A stretch of 64,000 bases of DNA from Podarcis tiliguerta (Eukaryota). Positions 12,462 to 24,778 of the stretch are shown here, piece after piece. The stretch lies in NCBI GenBank assembly GCA_965153285.1, contig OZ229112.1. The stretch is one strand, 5' to 3'. Positions within the stretch are counted from its first letter, which is position 1; the number at the start of each line of letters is the position of its first letter. A program made the position numbers and the translations under genes. Under the pieces are notes generated by a model. That model saw nothing but the letters and a program-made list of their open reading frames with translations, did no database searches and had not been told where the DNA came from.

Positions 12462-12903
12462 GGGGCGCGGGTGGCGCTGTGGTCTGAACCACTGAGCCTC
12501 TTGGGCTTGCTGATCAGAAGGTCAGCAGTTTGAATCCCCATGACCGGGTGAGCTCCCATTGCTTGCTTATCAGAAAATCAGTAGTTTGAATCCCCATGAC
12601 AGGGTGAGCTCCCATTGCTTGTCCCAGCTCGTGCCAACCTAGCAGTTCGAAAGCATGCCAGTGCAAGTAGATAAATAGGCACCACTGCGGCGGGAAGGTA
12701 AATAGTGTTTCTGTGCACTCTGGTTTCCATCACGGTGTTCTGTTGTGCCAGAAGCGGTTTAGTCATGCTGGGCATGACCCGGAAAGCTGTCTGTGGGCAA
12801 ACGCCTGCTCCCTCGGCCTGAAGTGTGATGAGCGCTGCAACCCCATAGTCACCTTTGACTGGACTTAACCACCCAGGGGTCCTTTATCTTTACCTTTTTA
12901 CCT
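12462..12903 (+). mobile_element. Sauria SINE with internal 56-bp tandem duplication
   Basis: ggggcgcgggtggcgctgtggtc head and (ACCTTT)n-like tail. Duplicated units at 12507-12562 and 12563-12618. Confidence 0.93.
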
Positions 12904-13339
12904 AATTGCTAGATGCACCTTCAGAGCATCTCAGGTATGCATCTAAAAATGTAATGTGTGAAACGACCCATGGAACCTCCAGATCCCCTCTCAGAAGCAA
13001 ATGCTCACTGCCATTGCCTACTTCACAGCTGTAAGACTGCAGGGTGCTTTTTCTCCTTCACCTCCTGTCCTTTTGTGGGACAAAGAAGGCTGATTAAAAA
13101 GGTATTTGAGGTAAGCAGGCGGTAGGACTTCAGTTTTTTGGAAATAAGCAGTCGGTTAGCCAAGGGCAGCTGGAGACCTTGCCTGCAAAGCAGAATAACC
13201 ACTGGCACCAGGAAAGGCAAGCAGAGTGATCAGAGCTCAAGCAAACTGCAAAAGTGAGAAGGTCAAAGGAAAAGGAATGGGTGGGAAGGACTGTGAAGAA
13301 GGAGCTTTGTGACACTCATAGACCAGCACACTCTTTGCT

Positions 13340-13800
13340 AGTGTCAAACATGAGTTTTCTGCTCGGAAAGGCATAATGTTGATTGAATGCATAATGCATG
13401 TTTATTCTCTGTGCATTTCTGACAGCACTTCGAATTACCACATCTCTGGACTTGCTGACCTTCACGCCACATTATAAAGCATATCTGATTAGCGAGAAGT
13501 TTTATTTGGAGTGTGTTAATTGAGTGGTTTTGTTGGCCAACCAAAGTGATTAGAAAGCTATTTTCTTATTTATTTGCATTAGTTAAAATTGATTTGACAC
13601 ATAATTGGTGGCGGTGTTTATACTGCTCCTTCTGCTAAATGTTCTTATGGATTGATCAATAGGTATGTGTTACTACAAAACCTTGGTGGTGATAATGGGG
13701 GAAGCAATAAAGGACTTGACAGTAAATAAATGAGATTCTGCTAATTCTGTCGAGTTATTTATTTGTGTAGGCAAGTGTTGATCTCTTGGGATAATGACTA
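13340..13800. promoter_or_regulatory. Candidate conserved non-coding element (homeodomain-site rich)
   Basis: Repeat-free AT-rich block with many TAAT/ATTA cores (ctgattag, gttaattg, gtgattag, ataattgg) and a GATTGATCAAT site. Confidence 0.3.
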
Positions 13801-13867
13801 CCTTAAAACAATGAACACGGGATCCTGACTGTGTATGCAAGACATAAGAACAGGGATGGGGATCCTT

Positions 13868-13935
13868 ATAGAATCATAGAATCATAGAGTTGGAAGAGAC
13901 CACAAGGGCCATCGAGTCCAACCCCCTGCCAAGCA
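13868..13935 (-). mobile_element. CR1 3' tail, severely 5'-truncated
   Basis: (ATAGAATC)n followed by agttggaagagaccacaagggccatcgagtccaacccc. Flanked by direct repeat ggatcctt at 13860-13867 and 13936-13943. Confidence 0.9.
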
Positions 13936-14049
13936 GGATCCTTTCTCAGTTTGAGGTTTTTGAGATTCCTTCTGAGGGCCACATGCCTGTGGGAAGGGGT
14001 AAAGTAAAAAATGGGTAAAGTATTACCTGTGTACAGTAGGTTACTTTCT

Positions 14050-14079
14050 GCGCGCGCGCGCGCGCACACACACACACAC
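14050..14079. repeat. (GC)n(AC)n compound microsatellite (Z-DNA prone)
   Basis: Directly visible alternating purine-pyrimidine tract. Confidence 0.95.
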
Positions 14080-15691
14080 CGTGTATCCACCATCCAGACA
14101 GGCAAGAGGCATCAGAATTCAAGGAGACATTCTGGCCAGGCAAAAACACTTTGTGGGGGGGGGGACAGGGTTTGGCTGGGATAGATGATATTTGACCTAG
14201 GGAGAGTTCTAAGGTCCAGAGAGAGTGGTTTGGATGACCACATTCAGTCCCTGTGACTGAGGTTCCCCATCTGTGAAGATCCATTAATGAAAAATGTGTA
14301 TTTGTTTGAGAGCCAGTTTCCTGTGTCATCCATTGACCCAGAGCTAAGTCTTATCCACAACTGTTACCAATGCCTTCTTTTGGAAACCTAGCAAAGGTGT
14401 GTGAGAGAGAGAGACACCGAAAAGCATATCAGAAATCGAAGAACAGAGGAACAATGGAACCATGGATCTTAGGGGCTAGCCCAATACACTTTGCTGCCTG
14501 AGGCATCTCCCTAGGCAGCCCTATTGGGCTGCAGCTGAAGCTAACCTCATTCAGTACTGGCAACAAGACATCTGAGGATAAAAACAGGCTAGTAGTTGTG
14601 GGGGTGCAAGACAGGGAGCAGGATACACACAGCACTGCCCTACAATGGAAAGATATAGCCAGAAGGCTTAGAAGAAACTGCTAAAGAGGCTGCCCCCAGC
14701 TTTTGACACTTGAGGTGGTTTTTCACGCTGCCTAATGATAGGACTGGGCCTGATAGATTCCATCAATCACCCATCCATTTTCAAATTGTCCACATCAGGA
14801 TTCCTTACACAGACTGCCTTTTCTAATGAAAGCAAGCCCCGCTCTGGATCAGGAGATAAAGCCCTGTTCTGCTGCAGTCAGTTTATTCCATTTATATCAC
14901 ATCTCTTTTTCCTAATGGTAGAACTCAAGGCAGAATACAGGAAGTTATTGACCAACAATAGTCCTGCTTAATTTCAGCACAGTTGCTGCTTCGTGTGTCT
15001 TCAGACTATGCCCCGAGACCATTTTAATCTTGCGGCAGAAAAATGAGCAAAATCTCTCCCTCTAGAAACAATTATTCTATCCCTCCCTTGAATCCAGTGC
15101 TTATCTACAGGCCATGATGATTGTGCATTCTTTGTATACATTTTTTTAAACACACTCAGGTTCCTGCTGTTTCCTCCAAGAATGCTGAAAGGGGCTTTTG
15201 CTAGCAAACAGGCACCTTCTGTTTTGTCATCTGGTGACAACACAAGAAATCGGCAGGATACCTTTAGGGGACCACAAATGTCCAAATGAGGAAAACGATT
15301 AGGAACAAGAATTGCCCTTGTAAGCCTGGGAGCTACGAGTGTGTTCAGGGAAAGCAAAGCCATTTTTACAGGGGGTGCGGAATCAGATTATCTTCCACCC
15401 TCCTTGGAAACAGAGGTTAAATGAGAACAAGAATCTCTCTTAGTGGTGCATTGCATTAAAGATAACGAAATGTAAATAAAAGGAAATATGAAGAAAGCAG
15501 AGTGCTGTGAAAGGACAGGTGTTTATTGTAATTTATGTGGTAGGGCATTTCCTCCGCACAGAAAATGGGGGCGGGGGGGATAAAGGGCAGGGCAGAACAA
15601 GATATTCTGCTGCCTGAGGCAGGCCACTCTGCTGTCCTGCATGCTGCCTCCATTTACTGGCTTCTTCATTCTTGTGTTTCCCTCTTCCACC

Positions 15692-16003
15692 CAGGGCCGT
15701 CTTACCCATAGGCACTAGTGGGGTGCGGGGCACCCAGGTGCCAGGCTCTCAGGGGTGTCACACTGAGAGTCCAGGGCCCAAGAGTTGAGTCCGGGGAAGA
15801 GCCTGCCCATCGGTTGGAGCACCGCGGCAGGCTCTTCTGCTGTGGGAGGCTCTGAGCCACGAGTTCGGGGGCAACTGAGCCAGCAAGACACTGAGGCGGC
15901 CACCTGGCTCCACCCTCCTGCACGCCTGGGACTGGGCAACCTGGGGGGGGGGCACTGGGTGAATCTTTGCACCCCGGCACCGCATCTGCTTAAGACAGCC
16001 CTG
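15692..16003. mobile_element. hAT-family MITE
   Basis: TIRs CAGGGCCGTCTTA / TAAGACAGCCCTG. 8-bp TSD cttccacc / ctcccacc. Confidence 0.9.
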
Positions 16004-16159
16004 CTCCCACCCCCACACTCCACGCTACATAACCTTTTGTTATTGATGACAAAGAGAAGTTATGGTTCTTTTTGTAAAGGATGCTGGACAAGATGGGCAT
16101 TTGCCTTGATCTTGCAGGGCTCTTTTTATGCTCTTGCTGCAACTCTGTCCAGTTATGTG

Positions 16160-16520
16160 TAAGTATACATCTACTTAGAAATCTCATGGAGTTGATGCTA
16201 AGGTAAATGGGTATAAGATGGGTATAGGATTGCATGATTTTATTGCATATCTTTCCCCTAAATACCTGGCTTTCTCGCCTCTTCCTCTGTTTTCTCCCTT
16301 GGGTCAAATAATAGATGGTGATTGCTTCTACCTCCAGTATTCTGCCAAACACTATGCACATCAATAGTGCTAGGCAATAAAAAGATTTTATCTATCCATC
16401 TATCTCCATTCATCTTTTTCCATGCTAGCTTTTTAGTCCTGGGAATCATACGCAGGATTATTCTGTTTAATTCAATGAATATTATGTCACTTGTTTTCAA
16501 ATTTGTTGTTTGCTGAGTTA
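16160..16520 (-). mobile_element. Degraded L1-like 3' fragment
   Basis: A-rich minus strand with short peptides (KKLAWKK...RWIDKI) reminiscent of the L1 ORF2 C-terminus. Confidence 0.45.
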
Positions 16521-17072
16521 TTGAGATAGGTCAGGCTATGAGTCTAAATAAATTCACCCTTGTCATATTTATTAATGGGGAGTGGAGAAAGCTTTTTGTG
16601 GCGGGTACCTAGCAGGGTAATTGTTTTTACTCATTCCTCGTCCTTGTCAGTCAGACAATGCTATCTCCTCCAGAGTTTGCAAGATGCTACCCAAAAGTGC
16701 TGCCTTTGAAATCCTCCACATGAAAATAAAATCCATGCTCTTTTTAAAATGTCTGTTTAATTCCTATCAAAGGGCTGTCTTATGGTTTTAAAGCACCAGA
16801 TGGTGTCCATCAAAAAAGAAAGGATGAGGAGCATATTCAGATTATTTCTCTATGTTGAAGGAGATGTAAAGTGAGAGATTCTGCAGAGCTTGGAATATCA
16901 CACTTTGGGCCAGTCTAGCTACTGCCTTCCTTATGGTGCAGAAAAGAAAACATGTTTTTCGTGCTTCATTGATGTGGTTTGAGAAGCGTTTTTTTAAAAA
17001 ACAAACAAACAAAAAACCTTCTCCCTGCAGTTTGATGATGCGGCTGCCATATGCTATGTTTTAAACTGTGCA

Positions 17073-17440
17073 CAGATGGGGAACCTCAGGCTAAGGGGCC
17101 AAATATGGCTCTTCCGGCCTCTATCAGGCCCTCATGACTAGGCCATACCCCATTCTCCATTCCACAGGCCACACCCCTCACTGGTCCTTTGCTTGGCTGC
17201 AGTGTGCCATCATATTGTCTCTTGCTTGCCTGGATGAGGAAGTGAGTGTCTGGAAACCCCTGTCCTTGGCATAGCTTGAAAGCTGTAGAAAGGTAAACAT
17301 CACATCCATTGCTCTGCCTATCTTCCCCCCCCCCCCTTGTCTGCCTCCCGCCTATAAGGAACTGTGGCCCTCATCAGAAAATGCATCCCCCGGCATAAAG
17401 GAATGTGGTGTTAGCTGCGCAACAGGTTCCCCACCCAGTC
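17073..17440. mobile_element. Old hAT(Charlie-like) MITE
   Basis: Termini ..GATGGGGAACCT / AGGTTCCCCACCC. Interior similar to 1096-2160. Confidence 0.65.
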
Positions 17441-17687
17441 TTAGAAAGGAATAGTCTGGTAATTGTGATGTCATTTGAAGGAGCTCCTTGCCCTGTGTCA
17501 AATAGACTTGAATTTGACAAGAGTACAAACCAGCAGTTAAATGGCATCATTCCCCTGCCCCCAAAATATTTTCTGTTGAATTGAAAAGTGCCCCCCTTTT
17601 GGTGGTGGTTAGGAATTGCTTGCAGCAAGTTTGCCTGATCAGTTCTATTGCCCAGCTGTGCTCTCTGGGATGTATGAAATGTTAGAG

Positions 17688-18362
17688 GTGGGGTAGTCCC
17701 TCTGGTGTGGGACACGTCATACTTCTTCTAGGGTAGTTTGTCCACCTTTGGTCCCAGCCCTGCACTCAGCTCTCACCTGTAGCTCCTAGAAGCTGTTAGC
17801 ATGTGACAGCAGCCACCCCCTGGGAATTGCTTCGGCTGGCTGGCTAAACCAGTTGAGGGTAGCCAGTGGGTCTCAAATTCACAGTGTATTAGGGGCTTCC
17901 CCTGCATGTGAAGACAGAAGAATCTGTATTCTGGCGGGTTGAGTGGATGGGACCAATAGTGGGTCCAACTGTCAGGAAGGCAGCTTCTGCATGTGCTGTA
18001 GAGGTAAGCGAGGGGCAGATGGGGCCTGTCAACCTGGGAAAGTAGCCCATCTAGGAGAAGGAAAGTTCTGATCCTAAGCCTTTGCTGCCTTGCAGTGTAT
18101 CTCCAGGAGAAGAAAAGGCTAAGGAGTAAACACTACACAAATCCAGAGTGGAGTCCCTAAGACAGTTGGATGGCACCTTGTAGGCCTCCTTCTCTCAATC
18201 CTGCAGTGAGGCTAAGAGGAGGGGTCTTGTGGTCTGGGCAGCCCAGGATCTCAATATGTACTGCCCACCCCAGGGAGGTCACTTTGGTGCTGCTAATGCA
18301 GCTATTTGACCACCCCTGGAGGTACACTCCATTGTCTCTCAAGACAAATGGATGCCAACAAT
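17688..18362 (+). mobile_element. RTE-like non-autonomous retroelement (5' UTR-type sequence plus short 3' end)
   Basis: Contains cccatctaggagaaggaaagttctgatcctaagcctttgctgccttgc, which resembles RTE-clade 5' UTRs as I recall them. Ends ggatgccaacaa. No RT ORF. Confidence 0.55.
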
Positions 18363-19215
18363 ATAGTTCTCTATCTTAACTGACATCACTTTCCTTGAAT
18401 GACATCATCATGTAACCAAGTCTATGTGTTGTGATATCATCAGCCTCTTCATTGCATGGTCCATGAATGTCTAGATTCACCCATGCAATAATCCAGGCAG
18501 TATTGTCCTCGCTCAAATGGCTTTTTGTTTGTTTGTTTTTACAAATACAGCTTAATCTGGAAGCTCCTTTGGATGCCTATTTTTAGCTGTGAGTGAGGTA
18601 GTAATGCTTTAAGTAAATAAAATTGCCCAGGCCTGGCTTAGGGAGTTCAGTGGTGAATTTTCCTCCTTTTTTTTTTGCCTGCCAGAGAGTTGGAGGCTAG
18701 TGAACCAGCTCTTGCCTTGCTTGTTTGGCTAATTAAAATTCTGAACTACACACCTGTAAAGAGCAGCAAGGAACCTGACAGAGAGATGCTACTGCTTGAG
18801 TTGCTAAGAAATGGGCTCAGCCTATAGCAGCTTCCAATGATAAAAAGTTTATACAGATTCATACTAGCAGTAAAAACAGGAACAATAAACTTGCAAGCCC
18901 TGGGGAATAAACTCATCCTCCTGGTGCCAAAAGTGACAACAAAGTGTCAAAGTGTGCCTGGGAAAAACACTCCTCCCTTGGGGTGCCACTACTGAAAAGG
19001 CTTTGTCTCTGAATTTCTCTTGGATATGGGCTTCTGATGCAGCTCCTTAGGAAAAGGACGATTTCATAGCCAGCAGATAGTTATCTCCCAACTTGTATAG
19101 GTAAAACCAACAACATGTTGCAACACATTCTAAAATGAATTGGAAATCCATGCAGGGTTGAAGTTTTGAGTGTCTCTGCCAAAAACGTTGTTGGTGCAGT
19201 ATAAAGAAAGCAGTA

Positions 19216-19357
19216 CCGTATTTTTCCATCTATAAGACGACCCCAATGTATATTTTTGGGGACTCAGATTTAAGAAAATGGGGGAAGATATATCCGTGTA
19301 TAAGACGCCCCCTAATTTTTTACATTATTTTTTAGTCTTATACACAGGAAAATATGG
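19216..19357. mobile_element. Tc1/mariner (Tc2/pogo-like) MITE
   Basis: TA|CCGTATTTTTCC ... GGAAAATATGG|TA, with internal tataagacg motifs. Confidence 0.88.
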
Positions 19358-20575
19358 TAATTCTGGTCTATGGTATGAATGCGTGTGGCTCACAGACCAC
19401 TGTTCTTTTGCCTAACCCCTCCCCACCATGCATATTTATCTTCCTTTGTGATTCATTTATTACAGTACTTGCTGATGCCTGCAGCTTCCTTCTGTGCTTC
19501 CTTTCCTTCCCCTGCCCCAATTCCATTTGCTACATAATGCCACTATTTAAGGCCAGGAAGGCTGTTTAATGAGGAGGTAATCTGGTGCCTTCAACAGGAA
19601 GCAACAAATTACTCAGCCTTACCATTTACCCAGCCAGCAAACAGAGTGTCAAATAAAATAGCACTGCACTTTGCCCTAAATAACTTTTTTAAAAAACCAC
19701 CTGCCTAGATATTTATCATTCTGCTACTCAGCTGACCCTGTGTTGTTTTGAGGAAAGAAATATCTCATTCCGAGCATAACTTATTACAAACAATGTCGGC
19801 ATCACATTTAGAGTGTTGCTGCGAAGGGAAAAGTGGCAGCTGGAAATGGCAATGTGACTTTCCATATTTATTTCTCCCTGTGACTTCCAGAGCAATTTTG
19901 CTCCATGGGTATATAAGTCACCGGATGATACTTCCCCATGTGCACACACTTTCTGGCACCTCTGCAAGCTCAGCTGTGGTGAGGGAGATCATGCTGGGCT
20001 CTCTTTGCCCTTTAGTTCAACTCTAGTAAAGGCAAAAAAACGCAAATTTAATATCTGCAGCTGGATTTTAGCTGACAGTTTTCATTGTTGCAAAAAAAAG
20101 CAAATCCAGATTCCTACTTATTTTTCTGTCTCTGCACACTCGACGGGAGTAAAATATTTCTGTGTAGGTCAGCCACAGGCAGTACTTGGATGGAGCGAAC
20201 TCGGGGAGATATGCAGAGAATGCATGTATAATACAGCACTTTCTCGAGCACTTTCTCTTTTTTATGTTGTTTAAAGTAATTAAATCAAGAGAGCTTTCAT
20301 CGGCACTGCTGTAGGTGCCACTTTGTTTCGGTTGCTGAGATGTAAATGGGCTCCTTGAGTAGGTAGCCTGTGCGTCTATGTTTTGAATTGCAGTCAGGTA
20401 GGCAGCGTTTCGAGAATAATGACATCAGCACTCTGAAGTATGTGATCAATGTGACCTGCATTGCTGGAGAATCTAAGCCCCCTCGCTGAATGTGGAATGA
20501 CGTGCTGATCCAGAGAGCAGCCCTGTTATGGAGGGAACCGGAACCACATTTTACAGACTGGGTATATCAATGCAG

Positions 20576-20951
20576 GGGACATGGGTGGCGCTGTGGTCTA
20601 AACCACTGAGCCTAGGGCTTGCCAATCAAAAGGTTGACGGTTCAAATCCCCACGACGGGGTGAGCTCCCATTGCTCTGTCCCAGCTCCTGCCATCCTAGC
20701 AGTTCGAAAGCACTCTAAAAAAGGTGCAAGTAGATTAATAGGTACCGCTCCAGCAGGAAGGTAAGTGGTGTTTCTGTGCACTGCTCTGGTGTCGGTGGTC
20801 CGTTGCACCAGAAGCAGCTTAGTCATGCTGGCCACATGACCTGGGAAAAAACTCTGCGAACAAACGCCAGCTCCCTTGGCCTGTAAAGTGAGATGAGCGC
20901 CGCAACCCCAGAGTCGTTCGCTGCTGGACTTAGCTGCCAGGGGTACCTTTT
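20576..20951 (+). mobile_element. Sauria SINE, full length
   Basis: Head and body as in the other copies. 13-bp TSD tatatcaatgcag at 20563-20575 and 20952-20964. Confidence 0.95.
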
Positions 20952-21629
20952 TATATCAATGCAGAGAGAGCAGTGCTTCTCCCCAGTTTGCTTTTGAGCT
21001 TCCTGATCTCATGGAACCCCAAATTCGTACTATTTATCTACAACATCACAATCCACATAGTGAATTAGCAAGACTGGCAGAGTTCTAGGAGTAACTGCAA
21101 AAGGGATGTCTGCCATCTAATCGATATACCTAACCACTGTTTGCCAGCTGCAGAGTGTGGTTGCTGGTTTTTGTGACAAGCAGTTGAAATTCCCAAAGGG
21201 CATCTCCTTATGTATTGTTCAGATCATGGGATGCAGAGCAGTACATCAGCATAATATTTTGTCATTATTTTGGCAGATAGTTGAAAGTGATGAAAAGTGG
21301 GTCTTAATTTAAGATACCCATGCATATGAAACAGATTAGTTGCACAGCTCTTCTTACATTGATATCTGAAAATAAATGTATATTAAGGCTCCCTATTAAA
21401 TCACATATAAATTGGGATGGACAAATCTACCAGTTTTGTTTTCTTGTTTTTCCAGTCTTATATTCAGCCCTCCACATTTACATATCAGTATCTAATATAT
21501 CTAATTCCTTTATTATCATATCTAATTCCTTTATTATTTTTTTAAAAGGCCCTAATGAAAATTCACCTGCACTTTAGTGTTAATTTCTCCCAGATTTTTC
21601 TTTGCGCTTTTGCTAATATACATATACAA

Positions 21630-22031
21630 AAGAAAGCGTCTCTCTAGAATGGCAGTGTTCCCAATTAAGTCTTACACACACACCCCCCGTCCCTATTAAT
21701 CTGCATCACTCCTACGTTTTGTAATCTGAGCTTGTACGCTCTGTGCTTTCTGTCCTAACACGCTCTGAGCTCTCCGTGTCTTTGGGGAAGGGGGTTGAAT
21801 GCTGTCCAGAGATTGCGAATCTGTTAAACCCTCTCTCTTCTAGTGTTTCTTCTGCTAGCTGTTTCCCATCCACTATTTCCCAGCTTCTGCCTTCTGAACT
21901 ATGCCCCTCCGCAAACCACTGTTCTAACTCTATACTGTCCTCCTACTCCTGGGAAGATTCAGGATCAGGGGGCGGGCAGTGGCCCCCAACATTCCTCCTC
22001 AGTGCAGTCTCCCTCAGCACAGTCCATAACT
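21630..22031 (-). mobile_element. Truncated copy of the LTR family at 51505-52382
   Basis: Colinear similarity, e.g. ctagaatggcagtg..., cgtccctattaatct..., gcaaaccactgttc..., cctcagcacagtcc. Confidence 0.8.
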
Positions 22032-23675
22032 AATTTATGCAGACTTGACCAAGAATGGAAACAGAATGACCCATATATCCCTAGCCTGGGCCTACGTTTA
22101 TAGTTTTGATTTTTTTGACAGATATACACCTCAGAACTCCAGGTATAGGGTGGAATAATAATAACAATAATAATACACCCAAGTCACAGTATGCCTCAGC
22201 ATTTTATCACTATTCTAATTAGCTGGATGTACTCATCATCATTTTATAAACTTTCATGTGAAGTACGGAACAATTCCAATTATTTTGTCCTGACAAAAAT
22301 CGAGGTCTCTTGTGATTGCTCACTCTGTTATTAGTACTCATCAGGGCTAGAAGTCCTTTCCTTTCGTCACAGGACAGAAGGGATATAAAACTATGAGATA
22401 TACCGCATGAAATGCTAGCCTTCACAGACTACATTTGGTTTGACCACCTTACTGCAGCTTTCTGATTTGTAGAAATAACAGCCTCTGTAATTTCAGGAGC
22501 AATACAAAACGCGCTAGCAGTAGATGTTTTTCTCCATCACTCCTAGAGCCATGAGCTGTGGATGGTTAACTCAATCACCAAGGAATGAGGTTATCATAAA
22601 TAGTAGCGGTGAGATTTTATGACTCTAAAATATTTCTAAAATGACTTTCACCCATTACATTAAGGAGTAAATGGAATACAGAATGGTGTGGCGTAAAAGC
22701 TTTCTTGACACTCACACACCAAATGAGACAGATCCTTTTTCTCTGCTACTCAGTTGCAGATGCCCAATTCACACTTTCTAAAACAATACATGAACCGAAA
22801 CACAGCCATCCTTCAAAATCTGCAATGCAGTTCTCCAGTCAAACCATCTGTGGGAAAAATACATATGCTGCAGTAGGAAATGCATAAAAATGCACATAAA
22901 AGTGGGTATAATTTACAAAAATAAATAAATGCAGTATACTTGGCAGAATTGCATCTAAATGTGTATATTAGGAAATCCACACTAATGAATAAATTAAAAA
23001 CCCACAAAGTGTTGTGGTAATGTGCAGAACTAAACCAAAGATTAGAAAAAAGAGAGAAATTGACAGAAACTGAAATCTATGGATTTGCTAGCCCCTATTT
23101 GCAGAGGGCACACTCACCAAATCCAGCACCAAACATTCATGCAAGTTACATGATCACCAAGGGAAAATGTTAGAGGTTACAATATATTAATTTTAAATAT
23201 ACATCATAGCAAAACAAGAACAACAAGAAGAAGAAGCTCTTTTTAGAACATTTTGGTTCCAGCTTTTCCACCAGTTGCATGACCATCTTATGAAAATTTC
23301 TCCTACCTAGTCCATATTTCCAGGTCTTTCTGTTTAAGGAGTCATTTTGGACTTCAGTAGAGTGACTGAATACATGTTATAACAACCCCACATGTGATTG
23401 TGTACTAAGCAAGTGAGTTTAAGTCTGGTAAAGGACAGACTTCTTGGTGTACTGGAAATGGATTTGGGGAGGAATGAAGAATAGGAGAGAAAAGAGCATA
23501 CACAGGCATCAAATCTCGGCACATATTTAAGCATGCTTATGCTACCTGAAGTCCATGGGTTTTGGTGTGCTTTATATTGGATTATGGCAAGAGTGTGTCC
23601 ACAGCTGACACAGCTGGAGACAATAATACTTCCAAATAACAGTTGCTGGAAGGCACAAGATGGAAGAGTGCTCTT

Positions 23676-24111
23676 TTTAAAAAAAAAAAATATGATATTT
23701 TATTTTCCACATTCAATAAACAAAAAATACAGATCGACAAACACATCAAAAAGAAAAAGACAAAAGAAAAACAATACATACATTATACAAAGACAATAAG
23801 AAAAATAAAAAGAGGTAAAAATAAAGGAATTAAAAACAAATATTGTGTCATTGTATTCTTCAGCATTAACTTGAGTCTGCGACTTCCCCATACCTTCCCA
23901 CTCTGTATTCTAGGTCTTATATTCCGGTAGTAAACTCTTTCCCTCTGGCGTATCTTTGGTTCAGATTAATGTTATTGTCTTAATAGTCTTTACATTTCCC
24001 TATGTCTTACAAAATATACTTTCTTTATCTTCAGAAGCATTATAAAATTATGAACGTTTGAGGTTATCAGATTGAATGTAAAAGAATGTTATCATAAAAA
24101 TGACAATGATA
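23676..24111 (-). mobile_element. L1-type 3' tail inserted in a CR1 3' fragment (~23625-24205)
   Basis: 19-bp TSD aagatggaagagtgctctt at 23657-23675 and 24112-24130. TTTATT (AATAAA on minus) lies near the left end. Confidence 0.8.
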
Positions 24112-24688
24112 AAGATGGAAGAGTGCTCTTGTGCTTGGCCCCTGTTTGCAGGTTTCTGACAGGTCACCTTTGGTCTGATCCAGCAGTCTCTTCTTATGCT
24201 CTTATGTGTCTGTATACGTCGCAAAAGCACACATCATTATATCTTTGGGTACGTAATCTTAAACATCAGGCATTGTCAGCACCGCAGTCAGGAATCAAAA
24301 ATAGTAGCTGCTCCTATGCACATTTTGTCAGCAGTCTGAGGTAGAAAAGGGCATCCTCTATGGAACCTTCTGACCAACCCAACCCACTTCATTTCACTTA
24401 ATAGCTAGCCCAGCGCAGGTGGAGTGGAGCTAGCGAGGAGGAGAAATGACTGAGCTGTCATTTCATTTGTCTATCATGAGAAATCCAGGAAAAATCAACA
24501 AATGTAAACACTTAGTTCAGGCCAAAATACTGTCCAAAATGGTACTACTTCCTGCAGTTGCATTGCTAATCAGCCCTATAGATGACATTCATTTTCTATT
24601 TCGTTTTGTCTTCTTGGCATTGACTAGGTTCCAAGGTGATGTACCCCCACCCCAAAAAAAACCTTGTACAATAGAAACCTTTCATTGC

Positions 24689-24778
24689 CATAGCTGTCAA
24701 CTTTTCCCTTTTTTAAAGGGAAATTCCCTTATTCCGAATAATATTCCTCGCAAGAAAAGGCAAAAGTTGACAGCTATG
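24689..24778. mobile_element. 90-bp hAT MITE
   Basis: Perfect 17-bp TIRs CATAGCTGTCAACTTTT / AAAAGTTGACAGCTATG. Perfect 8-bp TSD ttcattgc at 24681-24688 and 24779-24786. Confidence 0.95.
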
